Shown here: positions 42,520 through 54,720 of the stretch, one piece after another
Position numbering within the stretch: the first letter of the stretch is position 1
Layout: each line of letters opens with the position of its first letter
Source of the DNA: Mizuhopecten yessoensis
Taxonomy: Eukaryota
Direction of reading: 5' to 3'
Assembly: GCF_002113885.1 (NCBI RefSeq)
Contig: NW_018408351.1
Location: forward strand, 763,546 to 827,545
DNA: 64,000 nucleotides
The notes under the pieces: model-generated
Told to the model about the DNA's origin: nothing
Databases searched by the model: none
What the model saw: only the letters and a program-made list of their open reading frames with translations
Program-made: the position numbers and the translations under genes

Positions 42520-45135
42520 AGAAACGATGGTGACTCAGTGTTTTGAGGTACGATGGTGACTCAGTGTTTTGAGGTACGATGGTGACTCAGTGTTTTGAGG
42601 TACGATTGTTACTCAGTGTTTTGAGGTACGATGGTGACTCAGTGTTTTGAGATACGATTGTTACTCAGTGTTTTGAGGTACGATTGTTACTCAGTGTTTT
42701 GAGGTACGATGGTGACTCAGTGTTTTGAGGTACGATGGTGACTCAGTGTTTTGAGGTACGATTGTTACTCAGTGTTTTGAGGTACGATGGTGACTCAGTG
42801 TTTTGAGATACGATTGTTACTCAGTGTTTTGAGGTACGATTGTTACTCAGTGTTTTGAGGTACGATGGTGACTCAGTGTTTTGAGGTACGATGGTTACTC
42901 AGTGTTTTGAGGTACGATGGTGACTAAGTGTTTTGAGATACGATGGTGACTCAGTGTTTTGAGGTACGATTGTTACTCAGTGTTTGAGGTACGATGGTGA
43001 CTCAGTGTTTTGAGGTACGACGGTTACTCAGTGTTTTAAGCTATAATGGCTACTCAGTGTTTGAGGTACGATGGTAACTCAGTGTTTGAGGTACGATGGT
43101 GACTCAGTGTTTTGAGATACGATTGTTACTCAGTGTTTTGAGGTACGATGGTGACTCAGTGTTTTGAGGTACGATGGTGACTCAGTGTTTGGGATACGAT
43201 GGTAACTCAGTGTTTTAAGCTATAACGGCTAGTCAGTGTTTGAGGTACGATGGTGACTCAGTGTTTTGAGGTACGATGGTTACTCAGTATTTTGAGGTAC
43301 GACGGTTACTCAGTGTTTGAGGTACGGCGGTTACTCAGTGTTTTGAGGTACGATAGTTACTCAGTGTTTAGAGGTACGACGGTTACTCAGTGTTTTGGGG
43401 AACGGTGGTGACTCAGTGTTTTGAGGTACGATAGTTACTCAGTGTTTTGAGGTACGACGGTTACTCAGTGTTTGAGGTACGGCGGTTACTCAGTGTTTGA
43501 GGTACGACGGTTACTCAGTGTTTTGGGGAACGATGGTTACTCAGTGTTTTAAGCTATTATGGCTACTCAGTGTTTGAGGTACGATGGTGACTCAGTGTTT
43601 TGGGGTACGATGGTGACTCAGTGTTTTGAGGTACGATGGTGACTCAGTGTTTTGAGGTACGATGGTTACTCAGTGTTTTGAGGTACGGCGGTTACTCAGT
43701 GTTTGAGGTACGACGGTTACTCAGTGTTTTGAGGTACGACGGTTACTCAGTGTTTGAGGTACGGCGGTTACTCTGTGTTTGAGGTACGACGGTTACTCAA
43801 TGTTTTGAGGTACGACGGTTACTCGGTGTTTTGAGGTACGTTGGTGACTCAGTGTTTGAGGTAAGACGGTTACTCAGTGTTTGAGGTATGGCGGTTACTC
43901 AGTGATTGAGGTAAGACGGACGACGGTTACTCGGTGTTTTGAGGTACGATTGTTACTCAGTGATTGAGGTAAGACGGTTACTCAGTGTTTTGAGGTACGA
44001 CGGGGACTCAGTGTTTTGAGGTACGATTGTTACTTAGTGTTTTGAGGTACGACGGTTACTCGGTGTTTTGAGGTACGATTGTTACTCAGTGATTGAGGTA
44101 AGACGGTTACTCAGTGTTTTGAGGTAAGACGGTTACTCAGTGTTTTGAGGTACGACGGTGACTCAGTGTTTTGAGGTACGATTGTTACTTAGTGTTTTGA
44201 GGTACGATTGTTACTTAGTGTTTTGAGGTACGACGGTTACTCGGTGTTTTGAGGTACGATTGTTACTTAGTGTTTTGAGGTACGATGATGACTCAGTGTT
44301 TTGAGGTACGACGGTTACTCGGTGTTTTGAGGTACGATTGTTACTTAGTGGTTTGAGGTACGATGGTAACTCAGTGTTTGAGGTACGATTGTTACTCAGT
44401 GTTTGAGGTACGATGGTAACTCAGTATTTGGGATACGATTGTTACTTAGTGGTTTGAGGAACGATGGTGACTCAGGGTTTGAGGTACGATGGTAATTCAG
44501 TGTTTTGAGGTACGACGGTTACTCAGGGTTTGAGGTACGATTGTTACTCAGTGTTTTGAGGTACGATGGTAACTCAGGGTCTGAGGTACGATTGTTACTC
44601 AGTGTTTTGAGGTACGATTGTTACTTAGTGTTTGAGGTACGATTGTTACTTAGTGGTTTGAGGTACGATTGTTACTTAGTGTTTGAGGTACGATTGTTAC
44701 TCAGTGTTTTGAGGTACGATTGTTACTCAGTGTTTGGGATACGATGGTGACTCAGTGTTTTAAGCTATGATGGCTACTCAGTGTTTGAGGTACGATGGTG
44801 ACTCAGTGTTTGGGATACGATAGTGACTCAGTGTTTGGGATACGATGGTACTCAGTGTTTTGAGGTACTACGGTTACTCAGTGTTTTGAGGTACGATTGT
44901 TACTTAGTGGTTTGAGGTACGATGGTAACTCAGTGGTTTGAGGTACGATGGTGACTCAGGGTTTTGAGGTACGACGGTTACTCAGGGTTTGAGGTACGAT
45001 TGTTACTCAGTGTTTGAGGTACGATGGTGACTTAGTGTTTTGAGGTACGATTGTTACTCAGTGATTGAGGTAAGACGGTTACTCAGTGTTTTGAGGTAAG
45101 ACGGTTACTCAGTGTTTTGGGGAACGATGGTTATT
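42520..45135. repeat. Minisatellite, 25-26-bp unit (gaggtacgatggtgactcagtgtttt), about 100 copies
   Basis: Period 26 at 42545/42571. Confidence 0.95.
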
Positions 45136-45807
45136 TGCTGTTTTGATTGTGACTGTTATTTGGTTTTTGAGTTGAACGTTCACTCAAGTGTTTGAATTAA
45201 GAGTTGGCATGAGGTCATATTTTCTGCCCCGGGAGCACATTTCTGTTCGAAATGCAAAAATACAATCGTTTGAAACATGTGTGGGTCTCTTATCTATAAC
45301 GACATAGCTTCCGTGTTACCATGTACCCACGGGACCCCGTCATCAGCTACGTCATATCTTCGGCGTACGCATTCCAGGCACGGGTCAGTTACAGCAGCCT
45401 CAACGTCATAGCCACTGTGCTGGCACTGCTACTACACACTGACACTATACCATTATGTTTTCGTTCCCGAATATGTATTAGTGTTTGCTTTGATTAGTAA
45501 CAGACGTACTGTGAGAAAAAGTAAAAGTACCTGTATACCTGTTATACAGCTAGGATAGTAGAGCGGATGATAGCTTTAGGGGAAATGCGCCATGCCGGAC
45601 ATATCTTCTCGTCACGAATGGCGTTTAATTCTTAATTAATAGGTAAAATGGTAAAGTTTGTCACTGAATTGTTAAAGTCCTATTAGAAATGTAGTTATGT
45701 CGACATAAATATTACAAATTGTTTAGCTACATTGCAATTCCTTTTAAATTAATCTTTTTGTTATTTCTTTTTTTGCTCCGGTCACTTCTCTTTTGTCCGT
45801 TTCGTAG

Positions 45808-46071
45808 TGTCAGTTAAACTATCGTCGTTCTGAAATGATTTATATGACATTATTCATTCATTCACCCATCATCCGTATAGAGATACCTTCCTATGGTGTG
45901 GACCTGCCCACTCCCTAATATCGAGCCAACAACTCCGGTCAGGGTTCGTTACTCCCAGACTATATATACTCGTGTCGTAAGATAACTCGTAACGCATCCA
46001 CACAATCAACTTGTCTTAAGCTGCTGTACATACCATTCTGCTCAGTTTGAATAAACGACAACAAAATGACA
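45808..46071 (+). mobile_element. Possible solo LTR (264 bp)
   Basis: It starts TGTCA and ends TGACA, with an internal TATATATA (45961) and AATAAA (46050). The flanks cgtag / cgtct are only a partial TSD match. Confidence 0.4.
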
Positions 46072-46134
46072 CGTCTCCATTAATTGAACATCTGATTAGA
46101 GTTGATCTATTTGTGTAGTGATCATGAATAAGTG

Positions 46135-48125
46135 GTTTTGTGTACATCTGTATATAGTGAACACGTGTTTAGTGTGTACCTCTGTGTAAAGTGAACATGT
46201 GCTTAGTGTGTACCTCTGTGTAAAGTGAACATGTGCTTAGTGTGTACCTCCGTGTATAGTGAACACGTGTTTAGTGTGTACCTCTGTGTAAAGTGAACAC
46301 GTGCTTAGTGTGTACCTCCGTGTATAGTGAACACGTGTTTAGTGTGCACCTCTGTGTATAGTGAACATGTGATTAGTGTGTACCTCCGTGTATAGTGAAC
46401 ACGGGTTTAGTGTGTACCTCTGTGTATAGTGAGCACGTGTTTAGTGTGTACCTCTGTGTATAGTGAACACGTGTTTAGTGTGTACCTCTGTGTATAGTGA
46501 ACATGTGTTTAGTTTGTACCTCCGTGTATAGTGAACACGTGTTTAGTGTGTACCTCCGTGTATAGTGAACACGTGTTTAGTGTGTACCTCTGTGTATAGT
46601 GAACACGTGCTTAGTGTGTACCTCTGTGTATATTGAACACGTGTTTAGTGTGTACCTCTGTGTATAGTGAACACGTGTTTAGTGTGTACCTCTGTGTATA
46701 GTGAACATGTGTTTAGTGTGTACCTCTGTGTATAGTGAACACGTGTTTAGTGTGTACCTCTGTGTATAGTGAACACGTGTTTAGTGTGTACCTCTGTGTA
46801 TAGTGAACACGTGTTTAGTGTGTACCTCTGTGTATAGTGAACACGTGTTTAGTGTGTACCTCTGTGTATAGTGAACACGTGTTTAGTGTGTACCTCTGTG
46901 TATAGTGAACACGTGTTTAGTGTGTACCTCTGTGTATAGTGAACACGTGTTTAGTGTGTACCTCTGTGTATAGTGAACACGTGTTTAGTGTGTACCTCTG
47001 TGTATAGTGAACACGTGTTTAGTGTGTACCTCTGTGTATAGTGAACACGTGTTTAGTGTGTACCTCTGTGTATAGTGAACACGTGTTTAGTGTGTACCTC
47101 TGTGTATAGTGAACACGTGTTTAGTGTGTATCTCTGTGTATAGTGAACACGTGTTTAGTGTGTACCTCTGTGTATAGTGAACACGTGTTTAGTGTGTACC
47201 TCTGTGCATAATGAACACGTGTTTAGTGTGTATCTCTGTGTATAGTGAACACGTGTTTAGTGTGTACCTCTGTGTATAGTGAACACGTGTTTAGTGTGCG
47301 TCTGTGTATAGTGAACACATTGTTAGTACATGTATGTGTCTCTGTGTATAGTGAACACGAGGTTAGTGTATATCTCTGTATCGTGAACTCGTGTTTAGTG
47401 TGTATCTCTGTATAGTGCACATGTTTAGTGTGTGTCTCTGTGTATAGTAAACACGTGGTTAGTGTGTATCTCTGTGTATAGTGATCACGTGTTTAGTTTG
47501 TACCTCTGTGTATAGTGAACACGTGTTTATTGTGTACCTCTGTGCATAATGAACACGTGTTTAGTGTGTACCTCTGTGTATAGTGAACACGTGTTTAGTG
47601 TATACCTCTGTGTATAATGAACACGTGTTAAGTGTGTACTAGTGTGGACCTTTGTGTATAGTGAACACGTGTTTAGTGTGCGTCTGTGTATAGTGAACAC
47701 GTGGTTAGTGTGTTCCTCTATATAGCGAACATGTGCTTAGTGTGTACCTCTGTATAGTGCACATGTTTAGTGTGTGTCTCTGTGTATAGTAAACACGTGA
47801 TTAGTGTGTATCTCTGTGTATAGTGATCACGTGTTTAGTGTGTTACCTCTGTGTAAAGTGAACACGTGTTTAGTGTGTACCTCTGTGTATAGTGAACACG
47901 TGTTTAGTGTATACCTCTGTGTATAATGAACACGTGTTAAGTGTGTACTAGTGTGGACCTTTGTGTATAGTGAACACGTGTTTAGTGTGCGTCTGTGTAT
48001 AGTGAACACGTGGTTAGTGTGTATCTCTGTATCTTGAACACGTGTTTAGTGTGTATCTCTGTATAGTGCACATGTTTAGTGTGTGTCTCTGTGTATAGTA
48101 AACACGTTGTTAGTGTGTATCTCTG
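46135..48125. repeat. Minisatellite, 34-bp unit (gaacacgtgtttagtgtgtacctctgtgtatagt), about 58 copies
   Basis: Period 34 at 46771/46805. Confidence 0.95.
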
Positions 48126-48711
48126 AGGTACATGTATATGTACTAGTGAATATGTGTTAAGTGTGTAGTGAAGACAAGTTTAGTGAGAACATAATAATGC
48201 AACATCTTTGTCGTTCACAAAGTTGTCGTTCCGTACGCTCACTCAGAGATTGATAATAATGTGTTGAGACCTTTTCCGGTGTGAAGCTATAAGTATTGAA
48301 CGCCCAACACACAACAAAAACAACACTCCATCCTGTGCTGCCTATCAGAATAAATAAATAGGCTGAAAGAAATAACATTCTCCAGTCCTTGTGGCAGTGA
48401 AGTTTTCTTTTACAACATTTTATTGACATAGACTACGGACTTAGACTAATCTAATTCCGTGCATAGACCTATATTTTTCATGTTTTTTTGTTTTGTTAAT
48501 GTAGACGTCTTGCACAAGTCCGACTTTGTGAACAGAGGATAAAAAACACGAAGACGTTTATCCTTGATTGCGGTATTGTACAAATATATGCTGTCTACAA
48601 TTACATAAACTTTTTGTGTATACATTTCTTCATTTTCTTCTTTGCCTTTTCTTCCCGCATCAATTTGTCTATATCGCGATCCATATTTGCTAAAAATTTC
48701 GATAAGGATCG

Positions 48712-48752
48712 ATCACGTGACAACAAACCGAAAGTATAAAAAATACTTCCTG
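48712..48752 (+). promoter_or_regulatory. CLEAR-like element (ATCACGTGAC, 48712-48721) and ETS-like ACTTCCTG upstream of DNase II
   Basis: The motif is about 100 nt upstream of the ATG. TCACGTGA is the TFEB/MITF site typical of lysosomal-gene promoters, and DNase II is lysosomal. Confidence 0.6.
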
Positions 48753-48820
48753 TTCAAGTACATTATAGCTGGCGCGCGTCATGCAAATCTAACCCGGTAC
48801 AGACGGGTATACCAGGACAC

Positions 48821-48927
48821 ATGATGGCGGGACAGAGGAGCCTGCTGACCGGTCTGGTTTTGTGGTGGACGCTGGTCACTGTGGACAGTATGCAATGTCT
48901 GTCTATAGCGGGAAAACCGGTGGATTG
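48821..48927 (+). CDS. DNASE2: DNase II exon 1 (signal peptide; MMAGQRSLLTGLVLWWTLVTVDSMQCLSIAGKPVDW)
   Basis: It has a hydrophobic leader followed by the family motif C...G.PVDW. The donor TG|gtgaga is phase 2. Confidence 0.9.
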
Positions 48928-49207
48928 GTGAGATTATTCAACGTTTTCAACACTCGTCATGGTCAGCTGATCGGTGGTAACGTTAGGCCTATACCATATA
49001 TATATGACTTCACTCGATCTCTACATCAAAACCATTTTGGTATCAGTAGAGTATCCCATACACTAATTCCTGTAGGAACTCTATCTATATCGTTATACAT
49101 CTCTGATTTAGATAGAGTTCCTACAGGAATTGCCCATATACATGACACAAAGCACTATAGCAGCATTTATGTAAGCTTTATGAACGTGAATAATATGCAT
49201 GCATTAT

Positions 49208-49445
49208 CACAGGGACCTGAGAATTTGTTCAGCTATATTTAGACCTACACTATAAGGTGTTTTGAGTAATTTTACACGGGGTGTTGAGATCCATTTTCGG
49301 TAAACATGCCACCCCAATGATAACAATATACCAATATGCGAGCTCACCTATCAGTATTGATCTAAACCCCTCAAACCTGTAAAATTACTCTAAACACATT
49401 ATTTTAGGTCCAAATATAGCTGTAACAAATTCTCAGGTCCCTGTG
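49208..49445. mobile_element. MITE, 238 bp, ~70-bp imperfect TIRs, 8-bp TSD (P- or hAT-superfamily-like), in DNase II intron 1
   Basis: The termini are CACAGGGACCTGAGAATTTGTT...AACAAATTCTCAGGTCCCTGTG. The TSD TGCATTAT is at 49200-49207 and 49446-49453. Confidence 0.9.
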
Positions 49446-49566
49446 TGCATTATTAACACATGTTCAAACATGAAAAATAAACTGCATTTCAAAGATCTAC
49501 AATTAAATAGTTCTTATTATAATCTCTGGCCAATTACTCTGTTAAAAGTATCTCTGTTGATTGTAG

Positions 49567-49744
49567 GTATGTTGTTTACAAGCTGCCTATCCTGTCAAAG
49601 AGCCTTAACCCTATCATGTCCCGAGGACTGGGCTTTTACTACCTAGATGTGGATTCACCTACCTGGATATTGTCCAAGGTCGGAATAGATGGCAAGGTCG
49701 CCAACCCTGTTTACAACACATTGCAGCAGATCTACAGCTCATCG
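49567..49744 (+). CDS. DNASE2: DNase II exon 2 (YVVYKLP...GLGFYYLD...NPVYNTLQQIYSSS)
   Basis: Acceptor ttgtag|, donor TCG|gtcagt. It completes the DWYVVYKLP motif in frame. Confidence 0.93.
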
Positions 49745-50243
49745 GTCAGTATACAGCTCACTGATCAGTATAAAGCTTACCTCTCAATATACAGCACACA
49801 GTCAGTATAAAGCTCACCTGTCAATATACAGCTCACTGATCAGTATAAAGCTCACCTGTCAGTCTCGGCTCACCTGTCAGTATACAGCTCACATGTCAGT
49901 ACATCGCTCACTGATCAATGTAAAGCTCACCTGTCAGTATGCAGCTCACTGATCAGTATAAAGCTCACCTGTCAGTCTCGGCTTACCTGTCAGTATACAG
50001 CTCACATGTCAGTACATAGCTCACTGATCAATGTAAAGCTCACCTGTCAGTATGCAGCTCACTTATCAGTATAAATCTCACTGATCAATGTAAAGCTCAC
50101 CTGTCAGTATGCAGCTCACTTATCAGTATGCAGCTCACTGATCAATGTAAAGCTCACCTGTCAGTCCCGGCTCACCTGTCAGTATACAGCTCACCTGTCA
50201 GTATGCAGCTCACTGATCAGTATATAACTCACCTGTCAGTCTC
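49733..50243 (+). repeat. 19-bp minisatellite seeded at the exon 2 donor (tacagctcacctgtcagta)
   Basis: The first unit tacagctcatcg|gtcagta straddles the exon/intron junction. Confidence 0.9.
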
Positions 50244-50823
50244 TAATAGCTATTAATTTGTCAAGAAAAAGGTCAGACTTCCAGAACAGGAAGAAAGAAC
50301 ATTTTAATGAGTTGCTGTGAATTTTGCCTGGCTAATAAATTTATCTTAAACACAAGTAGGTGATAAAATATCTAGGGTCGGCAGTAAAATCTAGGGTAGG
50401 TTGGGATATCTGAAACACACATATTTTTTGGCCTGAGAATTTGGTTGATATATATTTTTTTCTTCAAATCTCCTATGACTATGAGGCTATAGTCAGTATA
50501 TGTCAGTATGAAGTGATCTTCTGACCATATAACTATGTCAAAATCTATTTTTTATGAAATGACATGTGCCTATGGTCAGTTTATATCAGTATTACGTGAC
50601 CCGAGACCATATGTCGAAGGTCAGTTTATTTTCTTGTAAAAAAGATAAAGTGTCAATACTATATGTACAAATGTATACTAACATTGTATGTAATTCTTTT
50701 AAAGAAACAAACAAGGCTAACAAAGGTATATTAACACCATTTTGTATTTTCTGAAAGAACAATACCTTTATAATGTACATGAAAATACTAAACTTTTATT
50801 TTTGTTCCACGTTGTTTTCTCAG

Positions 50824-50902
50824 AAGAACGGTAGCTACATGTATGCGATGTACAATGACCAGACACCTTCTTCTGAAAGTCTAAACCATGGACACTCTAA
50901 AG
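50824..50902 (+). CDS. DNASE2: DNase II exon 3 (KNGSYMYAMYNDQTPSSESLNHGHSKG; first catalytic HxK)
   Basis: Acceptor ttttctcag|, donor AAG|gtaagt. It carries the YNDQ and GHxKG family motifs and is 79 nt, phase 0 to 1. Confidence 0.93.
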
Positions 50903-53900
50903 GTAAGTGTAACCATGGACACTCTAAAGGTAAGTGTAACCATGGACACTCTAAAGGTAAGTGTAACCATAGACACACTAAAGGTAAGTATAACCATGGA
51001 CACACTAAAGGTAAGTGTAACCATAGACACACTAAAGGTAAGTGTAACCATAGACACTCTAAAGGTAAGTATAACCATTGACACACTAAAGGTAAGTATA
51101 ACCATGGACACATAGCCACAGACACGCTAAAGGTAAGTGTAACCATGGACAAATAGCCACAGACACGCTAAAGGTAAGTGTACCCATGGACACACTAAAG
51201 GAAGTAACCATGGACACGCTAAAGGTAAGTGTAACCATGGACAAATAGCCACAGACACGCTAAAGGTAAGTGTACCCATGGACACACTAAAGGAAGTAAC
51301 CATGGACACGCTAAAGGTAAGTGTAACCATGGACAAATAGCCACAGACACGCTAAAGGTAAGTGTAACCATGGACAAATAGCCACAGACACGCTAAAGGT
51401 AAGTGTAACCATGGACACTCTAAAGGTAAGTATAACCATGGACACTCTAAAGGTAAGTGTAACCATGGACACGTAGCCACAGACACACTAAAGGTAAGTG
51501 TAACCATGGACACTCTTAAGGTAAGTGTAACCATGGACACACTAAAGGTAAGTGTAACCATAGACACTCTAAAGGTAAGTGTAACCACGGACACGTAGCC
51601 ACAGACACACTAAAGGTAAGTGTAACCATGGACACTAAAGGTAAGTGTAACCATGGACACTAAAGGTAAGTATAACCATTGACAATCTAAAGGTAAGTGT
51701 AACCACAGACACATAGCCACAAACACACTAAAGGAAAGTGTAACCATGGACACACTAAAGGTAAGAATAACCATGCACACTCTAAAGGTAAATGTAACCA
51801 TGGACACTCTAAAGGTAAGTGTAACCATGGCCACTCTAAAGGTAAGTGTAACCATGGACACACTAAAGGTAAGAATAACCATGCACACTCTAAAGGTAAA
51901 TGTAACCATGGACACTCTAAAGGTAAGTGTAACCATGGACACACTAAAGGTAAGTGTAACCATGGACACACTAAAGGTAAGAATAACCATGGACACTCTA
52001 AAGGTAAATGTAACCATGGACACTCTAAAGGTAAGTGTAACCATGGACACTCTAAAGGTAAGTGTAACCATGGACAATCTAAAGGTAAGTGTTACCATGG
52101 ACATACTAAATGTAAGTGTTTTAAGTGTGTCCATGGACACTCTAAAGGTAAGTGTAATCATGGACACACTAAAGGTAAGTGTAATAATGGACACTCTAAA
52201 GGTAAGTGTAATCATGGACAATCTAAGGTAAGTGTAACCATGGACACACTAAAGGAAGTAATCATGGACACGCTAAAGGTAAGTGTAACCATGGACACAC
52301 TAAAGGAAGTAACCATGGACACGCTAAAGGTAAGTGTAACCACGGACACACTAAAGGTAAGTGTTTTAAGTGTGTCCATGGACACTTTAAAGGTAAGTGT
52401 AATCATGGACACACTAAATGTAAGTGTAATCATGGACAGACTAAAGGTAAGTGTAACCATTGACACACTAAAAGAAAGTGTAATCATGGACAATCTAAAG
52501 GTAAGTGTAACCATGGACACTCTAAAGGTAAGTAATAATGGACAATCTAAAGGTAAGTGTAACCATGGACACACTAAAGGAAAGTGTAACAAGGGACACA
52601 TAGCCATAGACACACTAAAGGTAAGTGTAACCATAGACACATAGCCACAGACACACTAAAGGTAAGTGTAACCATGGACACTATAAAGGTTAGTGTAACC
52701 ATGGACACTCTAAAGGTAAGTATAACCATGGACACATAGCCACAGACACACTAAAGGTAAGTGTAACCATGGACACTCTAAAGGTAAGTATAACCATGGA
52801 CACTCTAAAGGTAAGTATAACCATGGACACTCTAAAGGTTAGTATAACCATGGACACTCTAAAGGTAAGTGTAACCATAGACACTCTAAAGGTAAGTGTA
52901 ACCATGGACACTCTAAAGGTAAGTATAACCATGGACACACTAAAGGTAAGTATAACCATGGACACTCTAAAGGTAAGTATAACCATGGACACTCTAAAGG
53001 TAAGTATAACCATGGACACTCTAAAGGTTAGTATAACCATGGACACTCTAAAGGTAAGTGTAACCATAGACACTCTAAAGGTAAGTGTAACCATGGACAC
53101 TCTAAAGGTAAGTATAACCATGGACACTCTAAAGGTAAGTATAACCATGGACACTCTAAAGGTAAGTATAACCATGGACACTCTAAAGGTTAGTATAACC
53201 ATGGACACTCTAAAGGTAAGTGTAACCATAGACACTCTTAAGGTTAGTGTAACCATGGACACTCTAAAGGTAAGTATAACCATGGCCACACTAAAGGTAA
53301 GTATAACCATGGACACTCTAAAGGTAAGTATAACCATTGACACTCTAAAGGTAAGTATAACCATGGACACTCTAAAGGTTAGTATAACCATGGACACTCT
53401 AAAGGTAAGTGTAACCATAGACACTCTAAAGGTAAGTGTAACCATGGACACTCTAAAGGTAAGTATAACCATGGACACACTAAAGGTAAGTATAACCATT
53501 GACAATCTAAAGGTAAGTGTAACCATTGACAATCTAAAGGTAAGTGTAACCATGGACACACTAAAGGTAAGTATAACCATTGACAATCTGAAGGTAAGTA
53601 TAACCATGGACACGCTAAAGGTAAGTGTAACCACGGACACTCTAAAGGTAAGTGTTTTAAGTGTGTCCATGGACACTTTAAAGGTAAGTGTAATCATGGA
53701 CACACTAAATGTAAGTGTAATCATGGACAGACTAAAGGTAAGTGTAACCATTGACACACTAAAGGAAAGTGTAATCATGGACAATCTAAAGGTAAGTATA
53801 ACCATTGACAATCTAAAGGTAAGTATAACCATTGACAATCTAAAGGTAAGTGTAAACACGGACACATAGCCACAGACACACTAAAGGTAAGTGTAACCAT

Positions 53901-54437
53901 GGACACATAGCCACAGACACACCAAAGGTAAGTGTAACCATGGACACTCTAAAGGTAAGTATAACCATGGACACATAGCCACAGACACACTAAAGGTAAG
54001 TGTAACCATGGACACTCTAAAGGTTAGTATAACCATGGACACTCTAAAGGTAAGTATAACCATGGACACACTAAAGGTAAGTATAACCATTGACAATCTA
54101 AAGGTAAGTGTAAACACGGACACATAGCCACAGACACACTAAAGGTAAGTGTAACCATGGACATTCTAAAGGTAAGTGTAACCACAGACACACTAAAGGT
54201 AAGTATAACCATTGACAATCTAAAGGTAAGTGTAACCATGGACACATTGCCACAGACACACTAACGGTAAGTGTAACCATGGACACACTAAAGGTAAGTA
54301 TGACCATTGACAATCTAAAGGTAAGTGTAACCATGGACGCATAGCCACAGACACGCTAAAGGTAAGTGTAACCATGGACACATAGCCACAAACACGCTAA
54401 AGGTAAGCATAGCCACAGACACGCTAAAGGTAAGTGT
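50884..54437 (+). repeat. 27-bp minisatellite (aaccatggacactctaaag|gtaagtgt) made of exon 3 end plus splice donor
   Basis: The first unit at 50884-50910 spans the junction. Donors recur at 50930, 50957 and so on. Confidence 0.97.
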
Positions 54438-54720
54438 TATACAGTCACTTTGTGTTAATTCCAGTAGTGATCCCACAGTTATCTCCCTTGTGCTGTCTAG
54501 TGTTTGATGGAGGTTTGAAACATCTCGTGTTTGATGGAATATTACAATATATTTCATGTATGATTGAATGTTTCCATGTACTTGTGTATAAAAAGGAATA
54601 TTTCCATACTTTTGGGCATATACTTTTTTCACAGTAAATGTAGAGAAATTATTTAAATGTACATGTACTCCAGATATATTTGTCTGTGAGTATCTCACGT
54701 TATCCTCTTTGCCATTTTTT

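Noticed and set aside
51610-54334. MDTLKVSIT / SMVILTFRV repeat ORFs
   Set aside because: These are alternative frames and the antisense of the 27-bp donor array. Only the NHGHSKG frame is tied to a real exon.
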